Notes under the pieces: model-generated
What the model was told of the DNA's origin: nothing
Databases searched by the model: none
What the model saw: only the letters and a program-made list of their open reading frames with translations
Shown here: positions 21,381 to 31,285 of the stretch, piece by piece
How positions within the stretch are numbered: the stretch's first letter is position 1
Layout: every line of letters begins with the position of its first letter
Assembly (NCBI GenBank): GCA_965220695.1
Contig: OZ244838.1
Location: 3,597,713-3,661,712, forward strand
DNA from: Vicinamibacterales bacterium
Lineage (GTDB): Bacteria; Acidobacteriota; Vicinamibacteria; Vicinamibacterales; UBA8438
DNA length: 64,000 nt
Direction: 5' to 3'
Translations under genes and position numbers: made by a program

Positions 21381-21929
21381 CCGCGCGCCACGCCCGCCCG
21401 CACCGCCTCGCGCCGTTCCAGCCGATTATCGACGGCTCGTCGCCGCCGTTCACTTCCGGAACGTTTCATAACGGCCCAGCCGGGCCGACTCTCCGGCCGG
21501 AGGCCCTCCAGCGGCACCCGCTCCCGGAGCGTGGGGCCGACTGTCCCCCGCGGACTGCTGTTCAAAGCAGCTGCCTCCTCCTTTTTCATCTGTCGGTCAT
21601 GTACGACGAGCACGACCCACGAATCGTCCGCGTCTAGCCTTCGCTTGTCAGGACGGTAATACACATTACCAGGAAGGACTCGCTCGCCGTGGTCGCCCCG
21701 GCTGACACCGCGATCGGCCCGCCGACCGCGACCGCGCGCCGCCTGGTCGACGCCGCCGGGACGGGGGTGGAAAGCCCCGCTCGAGGCACTGAGCGGCCCC
21801 AGGAGCCGCCATTGGGCGCCAGAGGGATGGCCCCAACGCGCGCCCCACGGGGCATCCTCGAGCCCCACACGGGCGATAATTGAGCCCTCGCGGCCCGTGT
21901 CGCTGGGCGCTCGGGACGGTTCCTCATAC

Positions 21930-22544
21930 CGAGCGCTGGTCAGAACGCGACGGCTCTCCGGCCGCAAGTCCATGAACATCTCGTTGAGTGCGACGATCCT
22001 CAAGCATTGCAACGTACTTGCCGTCATTCGACCGGGTGAGGTGGGACCATTGACTCCACGGTCAATACGTCGGCCAGTTTGAATTTTTCTCGAACGCCTG
22101 CACACCCCATCGGGGTTGCCGCTCAAACAAGAATTGCGCCATCGACAGCGACGGGGAGCCCCTCAACGGTCACTCTCGCGCGCTGGGTTCGCGTGCGGCG
22201 CGGAGGAATGACCGAAACGCGGGCTTCCTGCGTATGTGATGATCCAGTTGCTCGGGGGATGTGAGGATGAAATATTTGAATTTCTCGTACTCGATCTCAC
22301 ACTTCATCTCGGCCACGTAGGTCTTCTTCGAAGCCTTGTTCCGCAGCGTGAAATCCAACGTTGACCTGGTTGCCTCATCATCAAAACCTACTGTGGGTCG
22401 CCCTAGATTTTCGTAGGGTGCGCCAGTCGATGCTGACCATCGGTGCACGATGTTCTCGCTAAAGATTCCGAACACACGAGCCAGAAACTTCCCCCGCGCA
22501 GCCTCAGGCGGCACTTGGAATATGTTTCTGAATCGAGTGCACAC
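21930..22544 (-). pseudogene. PD-(D/E)xK-like nuclease or hypothetical gene, disrupted
   Basis: Lower GC; KFLARVFGIFSE..PYENLGRPT..TLDFTL..YVAEMKCE; frameshift near 22172, then VTVEGLPVAVDGAILV* (stop 22123-22125) ..EKFKLADVLTVESM, then a further shift. Confidence 0.65.
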
Positions 22545-22625
22545 AACGTGGCGACTATAGCCGGCCGCTGACACAGTGGCAACACTCACAGCGCCGCCCC
22601 GGCCCCGTATTCCAGGCCGGAACCG

Positions 22626-22861
22626 GACCGCGCCCGGGCCGCAACGGCTGCTCAACGATATCCAGCTTCGCGCCCGCCGCGACCGCCGCTGAGGCTCATG
22701 AGACCGGTAGCAGCCCGTGGTGAAACCCCGCGTTGCACCGAGATCTGGTCGTAACAATGCCGCGCCCGGGCAGCGCAAGGCGCGAACCTGTAGGGGCAAC
22801 CCTTGTGGTTGCCCTGTTCGTCAGCCGGAGCAACGCCGCCACGCGGGATGCAGCGTGAAAC
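22626..22861 (+). repeat. 236-bp direct repeat, copy 2
   Basis: Matches 19736-19971 at offset 2890. Confidence 0.95.
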
Positions 22862-22934
22862 AGCAGAATTCCGCGGGGAAGCGCAGAATTCCGCGGGGAT
22901 CGAATGCAGTGGGGCTTTCACCACGGGCTGCCAG
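22708..22934 (+). mobile_element. Complete ~225-bp MITE with terminal inverted repeats and an internal REP
   Basis: Perfect 16-bp TIR GCAGCCCGTGGTGAAA (22710-22725) / TTTCACCACGGGCTGC (22916-22931); REP at 22790-22814; GCAGAATTCCGCGGGGA occurs twice; no transposase. Confidence 0.85.
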
Positions 22935-23310
22935 GGCAGGCTCGTCAAGAACGTGCAGCACCGGTTGCGTGGCGCGAGACTCGCGCCGCCGGCCGTCAAG
23001 CAGTGGTCTGGTCGCTGCCCGGTGTATTGCAGACGTGCAAGGGGGTGTGCATCGTGTAGCCGAGTGCTACGAAGGAAACCATCGCGGAAAGGGTATCCGG
23101 CTACTCAGGAATCCGGACCCACTGGCTTGAATCGCCCTGCGGCGACCGTTGGCGCAAGCCGCGACCAGACCACACACCATCGTTCTCAGTCTGCTCAATG
23201 TACCGCAGCGCGCCGACACGCGCGATTGGACCTTGGTCCAATGGCGTGCTCACCGGACGATTGGCTTCCTCGACGTGCCAGCATGCATGAGCCGCCCGGG
23301 GCCGGCGCAA

Positions 23311-23940
23311 TCACTGGTCGAACGTCGGGGAGGCGATCCGCAGGCGCTCCGCGTGGCGCACCAGGTCGGCCAGCGAGCCGGCCTGCATCTTCGCCATGAC
23401 CCGGGCGCGGTGCACCTTGACGGTCTTCTCGCGGATGCCCAACCGGGCCGCCGCCTGCTTGTTCAGGAGCCCGGTCGTGACCAGGGCGAAGACCTGCCGC
23501 TCTCGCGGGGTCAGCCGCTCGTAGCGGGACTGTATCTGATCGAGTTCGCGCCGTGCCCGCAGCCACTCCCGGTCGTGTCCGATCGCCCGGTCGATGGCGG
23601 CCAGCAAGGCCTCGTCATCGAACGGTTTGAGCAGGAAATCGACCGCGCCGTCCTTCATCGCCGCCACGCTCATCGGCACGTCGCCATGTCCGGTGATGAA
23701 GACGACCGCCATCGGCCGGCCGGTGTCTCGCAGACGGCGTTGGAGCTCGAGCCCGTTCATCCCGGACATCCGGACATCCAGGACCGCGCAGCCAGGACCG
23801 CGGGGGCGTTCCCGCGCGAGAAACGCCTCGGCGGAGGGGAACCCCTCGACGGTGAACCCCGCTGTCCGCAACAGCCGCAGCACGCTGCGGCGCACCGATG
23901 GGTCGTCATCGACGACGAAGACCGTCGGCTCTTCCGTCAT
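23311..23940 (-). CDS. FixJ/NodW-family response regulator (REC + LuxR HTH)
   Basis: VVDDD, VLDVRM, FITGHGDVPM, FLLKP, LTPRERQV..KTVKVHRARVM. Confidence 0.95.
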   Translation of the reverse strand: MTEEPTVFVVDDDPSVRRSVLRLLRTAGFTVEGFPSAEAFLARERPRGPGCAVLDVRMSGMNGLELQRRLRDTGRPMAVVFITGHGDVPMSVAAMKDGAVDFLLKPFDDEALLAAIDRAIGHDREWLRARRELDQIQSRYERLTPRERQVFALVTTGLLNKQAAARLGIREKTVKVHRARVMAKMQAGSLADLVRHAERLRIASPTFDQ

Positions 23941-25865
23941 TGGTCGCCTGTCCGCTCCGTCGGCAGCGCGAAGCGAACCGCCGCCCCGCCGCCGGCCAGG
24001 TTTTCCGCCTCGATGTCGCCCCCGTGCGCTTCGACGATACTCCGCGAGATCGAGAGTCCCATGCCGAGCCCCGCGGCCCGCGAGGTGTTGAACGGCTCGA
24101 ATATCGTGTCGAGCATCGAGCCCTGGATGCCGGGTCCGGTGTCGGACACCGACACGACCTGCCACCCGTCGCGCCGTCCGCTGACACGCAAGGTCAGGCG
24201 CGGGTCCTCCATCCCTTCCATCGCCTGCATCGCGTTGGTCACCAGGTTGACCACCACCTGCTGGATCTGGATCCGGTCGGCGACCACCGGCGGCAGGTCA
24301 CCCGCGAAGTCGGCGACCACGATCACGCCGCGCCCCGCCAACTCGCCCCGCAAGAGCTCTCTGACCTCCTGCACGATCTGCCCCAGATCGACAGGTGCGC
24401 GCGCCGGCGTATCTCGCCGCATCATCTCCCGCAGGCGTTGAATGATGGCGCCGGCCCGATGGTCGTCCGCCACGATGTCCTGCAGCACCTCGCCGACCTC
24501 GCGAACGTCGGGGACCTCGCGATCCAGCAATCGAATCGCGGTCTGGGCATTGCTCAGGATGCCGGCCAGGGGCTGATTGAGTTCGTGGGCCAGCGCGGCC
24601 GTCAGCTCTCCGAGAGAGCTGACCCGCGCGACATGCGCCAGCGCGTCGCGATGTCTGATCGCTTCGGCGCGCGCCACGATCTGCTCGGTGACGTCCGAAC
24701 AGACCGCCACGACCTTCGTCGGCGGTCCGGTCTCCTCCAGTCGGGGCGCCGCCCGGACCGTCCAGTGTCGGTACGACCCATCCTTCGCGCGAACCCGCGC
24801 GTCGAATGACAACTCGCGCCCCGAACCCAGGAGTTCGCGCTCTATCCGGACCTGGACGCGATCTCGATCCGCGGCGTGGAGCTGGGTGCGCCAGCCGTCG
24901 ACGGTGCGCGGGAATTCGCCCGGCTGGTAACCCAGGGCGCGATCCACCTGGCCGAACCACACGACGGCGCCGGTCCGAAAGTCGACCTCGGCGATGATGT
25001 CGGCGCCCAGGGTCGCGGCGATCCGGAATCGTTCCTCACTCTGCCGGAGCGCCGCCTCGGCTTCGATCTGGTCCGTGATGTCGCGAACGGTGACGACGAG
25101 GACGAGGCCCTCATCGATCTCGAGGCGGCCGAAGTTGAGCGCGACGGGGAACGTCCCGCCATCCGCGCGCCGCCCGAGATCGCGACCCGCGCCAGCCGGA
25201 TTCGCCCGCTCGGCGGCGCCCCCGTCCGGCGGCGCCGGAAACCCGTGTCTCCCGAGTTGTCCCGGCAGCAGATCTTCGACCGCGCGCCGCATCAGCTCCG
25301 CGGCCTGATATCCGAACAACCGTTCCGCCTGGTGGTTCACGAAGGCAATCTGCCCGTCGGCCCGAACGACGATGATCGCGTCCGGCGCCTGCTCGACCAG
25401 TTGCCGGACCCGGGCCTGACCGGCGCGCGCGGTCGCCTCGGCGCGTTTCTGTGCGGTCACGTCGATGAGAAATCCGCGGATCACGGCCGGCGCCCCGTCC
25501 ACCCGCTCGACCGCGACCACGTCGTGCACCCACACGCTGTGACCGCCGGCGGCCATCATGCGGTACTCGAACTCGTAGGCCTCCTTCTCGATCAACGCCT
25601 CTTCGCGAAAGCGCAGCACCCGTTCGCGGTCGTCCGGATGCAGATGGCGTTTCCAGAACGATGGTTCGAGCCACCGTGCCAGCGGATAGCCGAGCAACCG
25701 TTCCGCCTGCGAGCCGACATAGGTGAAGTCGCGGGTGCGGGCGTCAGCCTCCCACTGAACGATGCGGGTCGCCTCGAGCACCCGGCGGAAGCCGAGGCTG
25801 CGGGAGATCCGGTCGGCGTCGGCATCGGCGCCGGTGGGAGGCAGCTTGTTCGCTGGTATCGCCAT
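23937..25865 (-). CDS. Multi-PAS sensor histidine kinase (FixL/NodV-like)
   Basis: Three PAS domains, LAHELNQPL H-box, NLVTNA, DTGPG, GLGMGL. Confidence 0.93.
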   Translation of the reverse strand: MAIPANKLPPTGADADADRISRSLGFRRVLEATRIVQWEADARTRDFTYVGSQAERLLGYPLARWLEPSFWKRHLHPDDRERVLRFREEALIEKEAYEFEYRMMAAGGHSVWVHDVVAVERVDGAPAVIRGFLIDVTAQKRAEATARAGQARVRQLVEQAPDAIIVVRADGQIAFVNHQAERLFGYQAAELMRRAVEDLLPGQLGRHGFPAPPDGGAAERANPAGAGRDLGRRADGGTFPVALNFGRLEIDEGLVLVVTVRDITDQIEAEAALRQSEERFRIAATLGADIIAEVDFRTGAVVWFGQVDRALGYQPGEFPRTVDGWRTQLHAADRDRVQVRIERELLGSGRELSFDARVRAKDGSYRHWTVRAAPRLEETGPPTKVVAVCSDVTEQIVARAEAIRHRDALAHVARVSSLGELTAALAHELNQPLAGILSNAQTAIRLLDREVPDVREVGEVLQDIVADDHRAGAIIQRLREMMRRDTPARAPVDLGQIVQEVRELLRGELAGRGVIVVADFAGDLPPVVADRIQIQQVVVNLVTNAMQAMEGMEDPRLTLRVSGRRDGWQVVSVSDTGPGIQGSMLDTIFEPFNTSRAAGLGMGLSISRSIVEAHGGDIEAENLAGGGAAVRFALPTERTGDQ

Positions 25866-25916
25866 GGGCGGGGGTCGCCGGTCGCATGCCGCCGGCGGCG
25901 GTCTGGCGCGTCCGGC

Positions 25917-26558
25917 CTACGGGCCGACCGGACAGGAGACGCCGGTCCCACCGAGACCGCAGTACCCGTGCGGGTTCTTCGCCAGGTACTGCTGGTGGTA
26001 GTTCTCGGCGTAGTAGAAGGTCGGCGCCTCGACGATCTCGGTCGTGATGGCGTCATGCCCGGCGGCGCCGAGCAACCGGCCATACGCCGCCTGCGACCGG
26101 CGGGCGGCGGTCAACTGCCGATCGTCGGCGCAGTGGATGACCGAGCGGTACTGCGTGCCAAAATCGTGGCCCTGGCGCATCCCCTGGGTCGGGTCATGCC
26201 CCTCCCAGAACCGCGCGAGCAGCTCGTCGTAGCTGACGGTCCGCGGATCGAAGACCGCCAACAGCACCTCGGCATGTCCGGTCGTGCCTCCGCAGACCTC
26301 GCGATAGGTCGGATTCGGCGTGAGCCCGCCGGCGTAGCCGACCGCGGTGGTGTACACGCCGGCCAGCGTCCAGAACTGCCGCTCCGCCCCCCAGAAGCAC
26401 CCCATCCCGAACACGGCCCGCTGCAGACCCTCCGGAAACGGGGGGCGCAACGGCCTGCCATGAACGAAGTGCGCCTCCGGCGCCTCCAGCGGTTCGTCAC
26501 GACCCGGCGGCGCCGCATCGGCCGCCGGCGTGCGCCGTGTCCGTCCCGTGAACCACAT
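25917..26558 (-). CDS. msrA: Peptide-methionine (S)-S-oxide reductase
   Basis: [37 protein letters not shown]. Confidence 0.97.
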   Translation of the reverse strand: MWFTGRTRRTPAADAAPPGRDEPLEAPEAHFVHGRPLRPPFPEGLQRAVFGMGCFWGAERQFWTLAGVYTTAVGYAGGLTPNPTYREVCGGTTGHAEVLLAVFDPRTVSYDELLARFWEGHDPTQGMRQGHDFGTQYRSVIHCADDRQLTAARRSQAAYGRLLGAAGHDAITTEIVEAPTFYYAENYHQQYLAKNPHGYCGLGGTGVSCPVGP

Positions 26559-26845
26559 CGGTCCCTCCCATCGCAGCTCGTCGTGCAACCCCGCGGGGCG
26601 CGGTCACGAGCTGCCATGTACCTGTTCCACCTTACCGCACCGGCCGAGTCGTTTCACCAGATACTGCCCACGATCGGTCCTCGCCGCGGCGATGTCCCGA
26701 ACCGCGCCGGAACGGTCACGGATGCCGTTGGCCAGCGGAGGAAGGCGCCGGCGTCAGGCAGAACCCTCACGTGAGACCGCCCCGACCGCTAAGATCCCGA
26801 TCTGACAGCGGCAATCTCGGCCGCCGTGGTACGCTGAGCGGCGTC

Positions 26846-27676
26846 GTGACGGTCGACCAGGCACCCACGCTCGCGGCGGAATACACTCCGCCCCCCCTGA
26901 CCGTGCGGCCGCCGCTGAAGTGGGCCGGCGGCAAGCGCTGGCAACTGCCTCATTTGCAGCCGTACTGGACCCGCTGTCGAGATCGGCGGCTGGTCGAACC
27001 GTTTTGCGGCGGGCTCGCCGTCGCCACCGGGCTGTCGCCGGACACCGCCCTGCTGAACGACATCAACCCGCACGTGATCAATTTTTACGAGTGGTTGAAA
27101 CGTGGCCTGACCATCTCGTTCGAGTGCAGGAACGACAAAACCTGCTATTACCGGCACCGCGAACAGTTCAATGCGCTGCTTCGCCAGGACCAGGGCGATT
27201 CGTGCGAGGCGGCCGGGCTGTTCTACTACCTGAATCGCACCGGCTACAACGGTCTCTGCCGCTTCAATCGAAGCGGCGAATTCAATGTGCCGTTCGGCCG
27301 TTACGCGAACATCAGATATCGAACGGACTTCGGCGACTACCGGACGGCTGTCGAACGCTGGGAGTTCACGAGCGTCGATTTCCAGGACCTCCCCGTTCAG
27401 GAAAGGGATTTCATCTACGCGGACCCGCCGTACGACGTCGAGTTCACGGCGTATTCCAAAGGCGGCTTCGACTGGGACGACCAGGTGCGGACGGCCGAGT
27501 GGCTGTCACGGCACCCGGGCCCGGTCATCCTGGCCAATCAAGCGACAGACAGGATCGTTAGTTTGTACGAGTCGCTTGGATTCTCACTGAAACACCTGCA
27601 GGCCCCTCGCCGCATCAGTTGTACCGGAGACCGATCGCCGGTAACCGAGGTGCTCGCGCTGCGTAACCTCGCATGA
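26846..27676 (+). CDS. Dam-family (D12 class) N6-adenine DNA methyltransferase, apparently orphan
   Basis: LKWAGGK, EPFCG, YNGLCRFN..GEFNVPFG, DPPY; start uncertain. Confidence 0.93.
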   Translation: MTVDQAPTLAAEYTPPPLTVRPPLKWAGGKRWQLPHLQPYWTRCRDRRLVEPFCGGLAVATGLSPDTALLNDINPHVINFYEWLKRGLTISFECRNDKTCYYRHREQFNALLRQDQGDSCEAAGLFYYLNRTGYNGLCRFNRSGEFNVPFGRYANIRYRTDFGDYRTAVERWEFTSVDFQDLPVQERDFIYADPPYDVEFTAYSKGGFDWDDQVRTAEWLSRHPGPVILANQATDRIVSLYESLGFSLKHLQAPRRISCTGDRSPVTEVLALRNLA

Positions 27677-27714
27677 CCCCGGGAAATTCAGGCACAGGTA
27701 CGACTGAACCGCGG

Positions 27715-28185
27715 TCATGCCCCGTGCGTGGACCAGTACTCCCGATGCGCGCGCAGCGCCTCCGACTCGAGCACGGGGCCGACCACCTCCACCCGCCGGA
27801 GACCGCGGGCGAACAGCTCGCGCGACGGCATCACCAGGCTGCCGCCAGCCAGCGCGCCCAGCGCGCCGGCCGAGCACCCGAAGACCACGCGGGGGATCCG
27901 GCTCCAGTAGATCGCCCCGCAGCACATGACGCAGGGCTCGGTGCTGCTGTACAACGTCGACCGGGCGAGCAGCGCCGCGTCGAGACGGCGGCAGGCGTCG
28001 CTCACGAGGGCCAGCTCCGCGTGGCGGGTCGAATCGGACGTGGTGACAACCTCGTTGCACGCGGTCAGCCGCACCTGCCCGTCCGCAACCAGCAGGGCGC
28101 CGAACGGCGCGTTCCCGCGTCTGACCGCCTCTTCCGCCAGCGCGACGCAGCGGCGGATGAACGGCTCATGCTCGACCAGTTCCAT
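27715..28185 (-). CDS. Nucleoside/nucleobase deaminase (CDA superfamily)
   Basis: PFGALLV, HAE, STEPCVMC zinc motifs. Confidence 0.9.
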   Translation of the reverse strand: MELVEHEPFIRRCVALAEEAVRRGNAPFGALLVADGQVRLTACNEVVTTSDSTRHAELALVSDACRRLDAALLARSTLYSSTEPCVMCCGAIYWSRIPRVVFGCSAGALGALAGGSLVMPSRELFARGLRRVEVVGPVLESEALRAHREYWSTHGA

Positions 28186-28267
28186 TTCGTGAGGCTTGCA
28201 CGGCCGCTCCGCCCGATGCAAGCGCCGCAGGCCGCGCGAGACGTCCCCGGCGCTGGCCGCACGCAGT

Positions 28268-28296
28268 TTGCCTGACTCGCCGGACTGCGCTACCAT
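28268..28296 (+). promoter_or_regulatory. Candidate promoter giving a near-leaderless mRNA for the Rdx selenoprotein gene
   Basis: TTGCCT-N17-TACCAT with ATG 9 nt downstream and no SD. Confidence 0.5.
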
Positions 28297-28305
28297 CCCT
28301 CCGTC

Positions 28306-28548
28306 ATGCGAGTCACCATCAGCTACTGCAAGGTTTGAAACTATCTGCCGAAGGCCTCCAGTCTGGCGGCCTCGATCAAGGCAGCACTCGGCGTCGACGC
28401 CCATGTCGTCGCCGGCAGCCGCGGCCAGTTCGACGTCGCCGCCGATGGCGCGCTCCTGTTCTCGAAGCAGGCGGAGCAGCGGTTTCCGGAACCTGACGAG
28501 ATTGTCGGCGCCCTGCGGGCGCGTCTCACGGCGCCGGTTCGGCCATAG
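28306..28548 (+). CDS. Rdx/SelT-SelW-SelH family selenoprotein (CxxU), 80 aa
   Basis: MRVTISYCKV-U(TGA 28336-28338)-NYLPKASSLAASIK...GSRGQFDV..DG.LLFSK...RFPEPDEI; downstream hairpin AGGCC-t-CCAGTCTGG-c-GGCCT resembles a bacterial SECIS. Confidence 0.9.
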
Positions 28549-28590
28549 CTGCTGACAGACTCGCCGTCCAACCCGACACCGGGTTCCGAG

Positions 28591-29466
28591 ATGCGCGGCG
28601 CAGTTCCAGCTCCCCACCATCGACCGTCGTCGATCACGGCGGCATTGGTCTCGTGCGCCGGGGCGCTGCTGCTCGCGGGGGGGTGCGCGGCCCGTCAACC
28701 ACCGCCGACCCTCGGTCAGGAGGGCCAGGATGCTCCCTGGGTGCCGACGCCGGACGCGCTGGTGGAGACGATGCTCGAGATGGCGGCAGTCACACCGGCG
28801 GATCTCCTGATCGATCTCGGGTCGGGCGACGGCCGCATGGTCATCGCCGCGGCGAGGCTTGGCGCGAGGGCGATCGGCGTCGAGCTCGAGCCGAACCTCG
28901 TGGCGCTATCGGTGCAACGCGCCGCCGAGGCGGGCGTGTCCGACCGCACCGAGTTCATCGCGACCGATCTCTTCGCGTTCGATCTGTCACCCGCCAGTGT
29001 GATCACGATGTTCCTGTTGCCGGACCTCAACTACAAGTTGCGGCCGACGCTGTTCAGCTTGAGACCGGGCACGCGCATCATGTCGAACACCTGGGACTTG
29101 CGCGGGTCGGAGGAGGATCCCGACGCCCCCGGCTGGACAGCGGATCGTACGGTCGTGTTGGACCCCTGCCCCGGTTTCTGCACTGCGCTGCTCTGGATCG
29201 TCCCCGCCAAGGTGGACGGCGTCTGGCGACTGGAGGACGGCGAACTCGTATTGGAGCAGCAGTTCCAGATGGTGACCGGGCGGATCACGCGAGCGGGACG
29301 CACCGCGGCCATGGAGGACGGTCGGTTGAACGGCAACGTGCTCACCTTCCGGGCCGGCGGCGCGACGTACCGCGCGCAGGTCGACCCGGACAGCGGGGCG
29401 ACGATGCAGGGCGTGGCCCGGCGCGGCGACGGCGACACGCCCTGGCAGGCGGTGCGGATCCGGTGA
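28591..29466 (+). CDS. Class I SAM-dependent methyltransferase, exported or lipoprotein type
   Basis: DAPWVPTP, DLGSGDGR, VITMFLL; start uncertain. Confidence 0.85.
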   Translation: MRGAVPAPHHRPSSITAALVSCAGALLLAGGCAARQPPPTLGQEGQDAPWVPTPDALVETMLEMAAVTPADLLIDLGSGDGRMVIAAARLGARAIGVELEPNLVALSVQRAAEAGVSDRTEFIATDLFAFDLSPASVITMFLLPDLNYKLRPTLFSLRPGTRIMSNTWDLRGSEEDPDAPGWTADRTVVLDPCPGFCTALLWIVPAKVDGVWRLEDGELVLEQQFQMVTGRITRAGRTAAMEDGRLNGNVLTFRAGGATYRAQVDPDSGATMQGVARRGDGDTPWQAVRIR

Positions 29467-29523
29467 GATGCCCTACCGGATGCCGCTCGACCAGGTCAGA
29501 CCGGCAGTCGGTGGCGCAGGCGG

Positions 29524-31239
29524 TCAATAGCCTACGGCGACCCCGTCCTTGCGGGGGTCGGTGCCTCCGTGCAGCATGCCGGTCTCGGGGTGGATCATGA
29601 TCGCCTGATAGCCGCCCATCCCGCCGCCGCCGGCGCGGCGCACCTGGTGTCCCATCCGCTCGAGTTCGGCAATCACGGCGTCGGTGATCCCGGGCTCGAC
29701 CATGACGGCGCCGCCGTGGCGCACGCGGGCGGCATCGCCCGCCTCCTGCAGGTTCATCCCGAAGTCGATGATGTTCGACAGCACCTGGGTGTGTCCCTGC
29801 GGTTGCATGTCGCCCCCCATCACGCCGAACGACAGGAACGGCTTGCCGTCCTTCGTGACGAAGGCCGGCATGTTGGTGTGCAGCGACCGCTTGTGCGGTG
29901 CGATCTCGTTGAAGTGCCCCGGCTCCAGCGAGAACCCGGACCCGCGGTTCTGCAGCGCGAACCCCAGATCCGCCGGAACCACCTTCGACCCGAAGCCGCC
30001 GAAGATGCTCTCGATCAGCGAGATCGCGTTCCGGTCCTTGTCGACCACGGTGAGATACACCGTCTCGGTGGGATCGCCGGCGCTCACGGACCGCGAGGCC
30101 CGGGTCGGATCGATGAGCGCCCGGCGCCGCTCGGCGTACTCCTTGGAGATCAGCGCCTCGATCGGGAGGCGGTTGGCGTCGGCATCGGCCACGTAGCGAT
30201 TGCGGTCGGCGAACGCCAGCTTCTTCGATTCGACGATGCGGTGGATCGCCGCGGCCGAGTTGTGCCCCATCGCGGCCAGATCGTAGCCCTCGAGGATGTT
30301 CAGCATCATGAGGGCGACGATGCCGGAGCTGTTGGGCGGGATCTCCCAGATGTCGTACCCGCGATAGCTCGACGTGACCGGCTCGACCCAGACCGAGCTG
30401 TGGTCTTCGAAATCGCGCATCGTGAAGTAGCCGCCGTTCGATTCGCTGAAGGCGACTATCTTGCGGGCGATCTCACCCCGGTAGAACGTGTCGCGCCCCC
30501 CCTGCGCGATCGCCTCGTAGGTGCGCATCAACCCGGGATTCCTGAACACCTCCCCAACCTCCGGGGGACGCCCGTTCGGCAGGTAGGTGGCCGCCGAGGT
30601 GGGCCACGCGGCCAGCGTCGCTTGCGATGCGGCCCACTGGCGCTGGATGATCTCGCTCACCGGGAACCCTTCGCGCGCGTAGGCGATCGCCGGCGCGAGC
30701 ACGTCGGCGAAGCTCATCGTCCCGAAGCGCGTCAAGAGCTGATCCCAGCCGTCGACGGCCCCCGGCACCGTCCAGGTGAGCGGCCCGTTACCGGGCACCC
30801 GCTCGAGATTCTGCCGGGCGAACACGCCGGGATTGATTTCGTACGGCGCCCGGCCGGTCGCGTTCAGCCCATGCAGCCGCTCGGTCTCGGCGTCCCAGAC
30901 AATGGCGAACAGGTCGCCGCCAACGCCGTTCATGTGCGGCTCCACCAGCCCGAGCACCGCGTTGACGGCGACCGCGGCATCGATGGCGTTGCCGCCCGCC
31001 TTGAGGATGTCGAGACCGACCTGCGCGGCCAACGGGTGACTGGCGGCCACCATCCCGTGGGGGGCGATGACCTCGGAGCGGCTGCCGTGCGGACTGCGCG
31101 CCGGCCGCGAGTATCCATGGCCCAGCGCGTCACCGCCGGCGCCGCGGTCCTGTCCCGTGACCAGGGCGGCGGCAAGCACGACGGCAGACAGGCAGGCGCC
31201 GATTGCGAACGTGCGGATGCGACCAGGTGTCATGTGCAC
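29524..31239 (-). CDS. ggt: Gamma-glutamyltransferase
   Basis: GGNAIDAA, TVPGAV, catalytic TVYLTVVD, GVMGGDMQPQG, DPRKDG. Confidence 0.95.
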   Translation of the reverse strand: MHMTPGRIRTFAIGACLSAVVLAAALVTGQDRGAGGDALGHGYSRPARSPHGSRSEVIAPHGMVAASHPLAAQVGLDILKAGGNAIDAAVAVNAVLGLVEPHMNGVGGDLFAIVWDAETERLHGLNATGRAPYEINPGVFARQNLERVPGNGPLTWTVPGAVDGWDQLLTRFGTMSFADVLAPAIAYAREGFPVSEIIQRQWAASQATLAAWPTSAATYLPNGRPPEVGEVFRNPGLMRTYEAIAQGGRDTFYRGEIARKIVAFSESNGGYFTMRDFEDHSSVWVEPVTSSYRGYDIWEIPPNSSGIVALMMLNILEGYDLAAMGHNSAAAIHRIVESKKLAFADRNRYVADADANRLPIEALISKEYAERRRALIDPTRASRSVSAGDPTETVYLTVVDKDRNAISLIESIFGGFGSKVVPADLGFALQNRGSGFSLEPGHFNEIAPHKRSLHTNMPAFVTKDGKPFLSFGVMGGDMQPQGHTQVLSNIIDFGMNLQEAGDAARVRHGGAVMVEPGITDAVIAELERMGHQVRRAGGGGMGGYQAIMIHPETGMLHGGTDPRKDGVAVGY

Positions 31240-31285
31240 GGCATCTCCTTTGCGGCAGCACGCGGCGTGGAACGAGGCTCGATCG

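Noticed and set aside
21278-22126. 282-aa ORF in the island
   Set aside because: Low-complexity read-through across the nuclease pseudogene tail and non-coding DNA; no family motif
22123-22172. In-frame TGAs in the nuclease-like gene as selenocysteine
   Set aside because: One arises from a frameshift and the other appears to replace a Trp in a gene with several lesions; no redox motif
22935-23310. Lower-GC stretch as a riboswitch or small gene
   Set aside because: No recognisable aptamer consensus or protein motif; probably decayed foreign DNA, left uncalled
25917-26558. MsrA as a third selenoprotein
   Set aside because: Active site is GCFWG with a normal Cys codon
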